In this document: in pieces, positions 63,650 to 64,000 of the stretch
How the letters are laid out: every line of letters starts with the position of its first letter
Numbering within the stretch: position 1 is the stretch's first letter
DNA from: a virus
Taxonomy: Duplodnaviria > Caudoviricetes
Strand: one strand, 5' to 3'
Length of the DNA: 64,000 nucleotides
IMG/VR virus record: IMGVR_UViG_2933348407_000001
Location: 32,001 to 96,000 of that record
Made by a program: the position numbers and the translations under genes
The notes under the pieces: model-generated
The model's database searches: none
Told to the model about the DNA's origin: nothing
Seen by the model: the letters and a program-made list of their open reading frames with translations, nothing else

Positions 63650-63724
63650 AATGAGACAGCGGAACCGTTAAGCTCTCACAGTCTCATTGCTGCACTATTC
63701 TACCCGTACGAAGGCCTGACTCAA
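63650..63724 (-). promoter_or_regulatory. sigma70-type promoter with downstream inverted-repeat operator
   Basis: Minus strand TTGAGT-N16-TAGAAT; AATGAGACAG (63650) and CAGTCTCATT (63679) inverted repeat. Confidence 0.5.
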
Positions 63725-64000
63725 TGCCTGTTCAGTAGATCAGCGACAGGTTTTTCGAGGTCAGGGTCGTGATCCTCGCGATGCCGGGCGTACCAGGCGT
63801 CCAGGTCCTCTGCGCCTTCGTCCTCGGAGTCGACCTCGTCCTCGTGCGCGCTCCACTCGGCGACGGCGTCCGCGTACTCCCCTTCGACCGTCTTCGGGTC
63901 GCGGCGGTTCAGCGCCTTGCTGATCTCCTTCCAGTCGGCGCCGGCCAGGGCTTCGCCGAGTACGACTCGGTCCACATACTCGTTGACCATCTGTCGCAGT
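63721..64000 (-). CDS. hypothetical protein, 5'-truncated (HTH-like GADWKEISKAL)
   Basis: Frame runs to the window edge; G.SW..I..AL-type helix-turn-helix. Confidence 0.6.
   Translation of the reverse strand, partial: LRQMVNEYVDRVVLGEALAGADWKEISKALNRRDPKTVEGEYADAVAEWSAHEDEVDSEDEGAEDLDAWYARHREDHDPDLEKPVADLLNRH

Larger units (their letters stand above)
1..64000. mobile_element. actinomycete conjugative phage-plasmid or prophage (siphovirus morphogenesis genes plus TraB transfer gene)
   Basis: traB/spd-like genes and a full head-neck-tail-holin module occur together; no host housekeeping genes. Confidence 0.75.

Overview
GC-rich, Streptomyces-like mobile element that looks like a conjugative phage-plasmid or prophage. 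(1) 1-2052: end of a TraB/FtsK-type transfer module. (2) 2105-15037: accessory cassette with an Xre-HTH/TPR regulator, GNAT and gamma-glutamylcyclotransferase, facing away from an operon with an HATPase, two EEP-family enzymes, a TauD dioxygenase, GT2, NDP-sugar dehydrogenase, a possible ART-fold protein and GT4. (3) 15097-60025: near-complete siphovirus-type morphogenesis region with a portal-MuF fusion, a ~5,680-aa DarB-like methylase/SNF2-helicase polyvalent protein, HK97 protease-NUDIX fusion, capsid, neck, tail with frameshifted chaperone, tape measure, tail tip and holin. No terminase or endolysin was recognised in the window. (4) 60061-64000: a predicted structured ncRNA, a tandem-domain basic protein, a ~750-bp GGCGCGCC-rich non-coding array and a Sak4-like ATPase. 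Main unexplained signals: a bipartite late-promoter motif in ~12 copies, a 30-bp palindromic operator or centromere-like element in 3 copies, a gene overprinted inside the giant ORF, a protease C-terminal peptide repeated three times in the giant protein, duplicated twin-hairpin elements flanking the EEP pair, and the ncRNA/protein/array locus. All family calls come from motifs read by eye; no database search was run.
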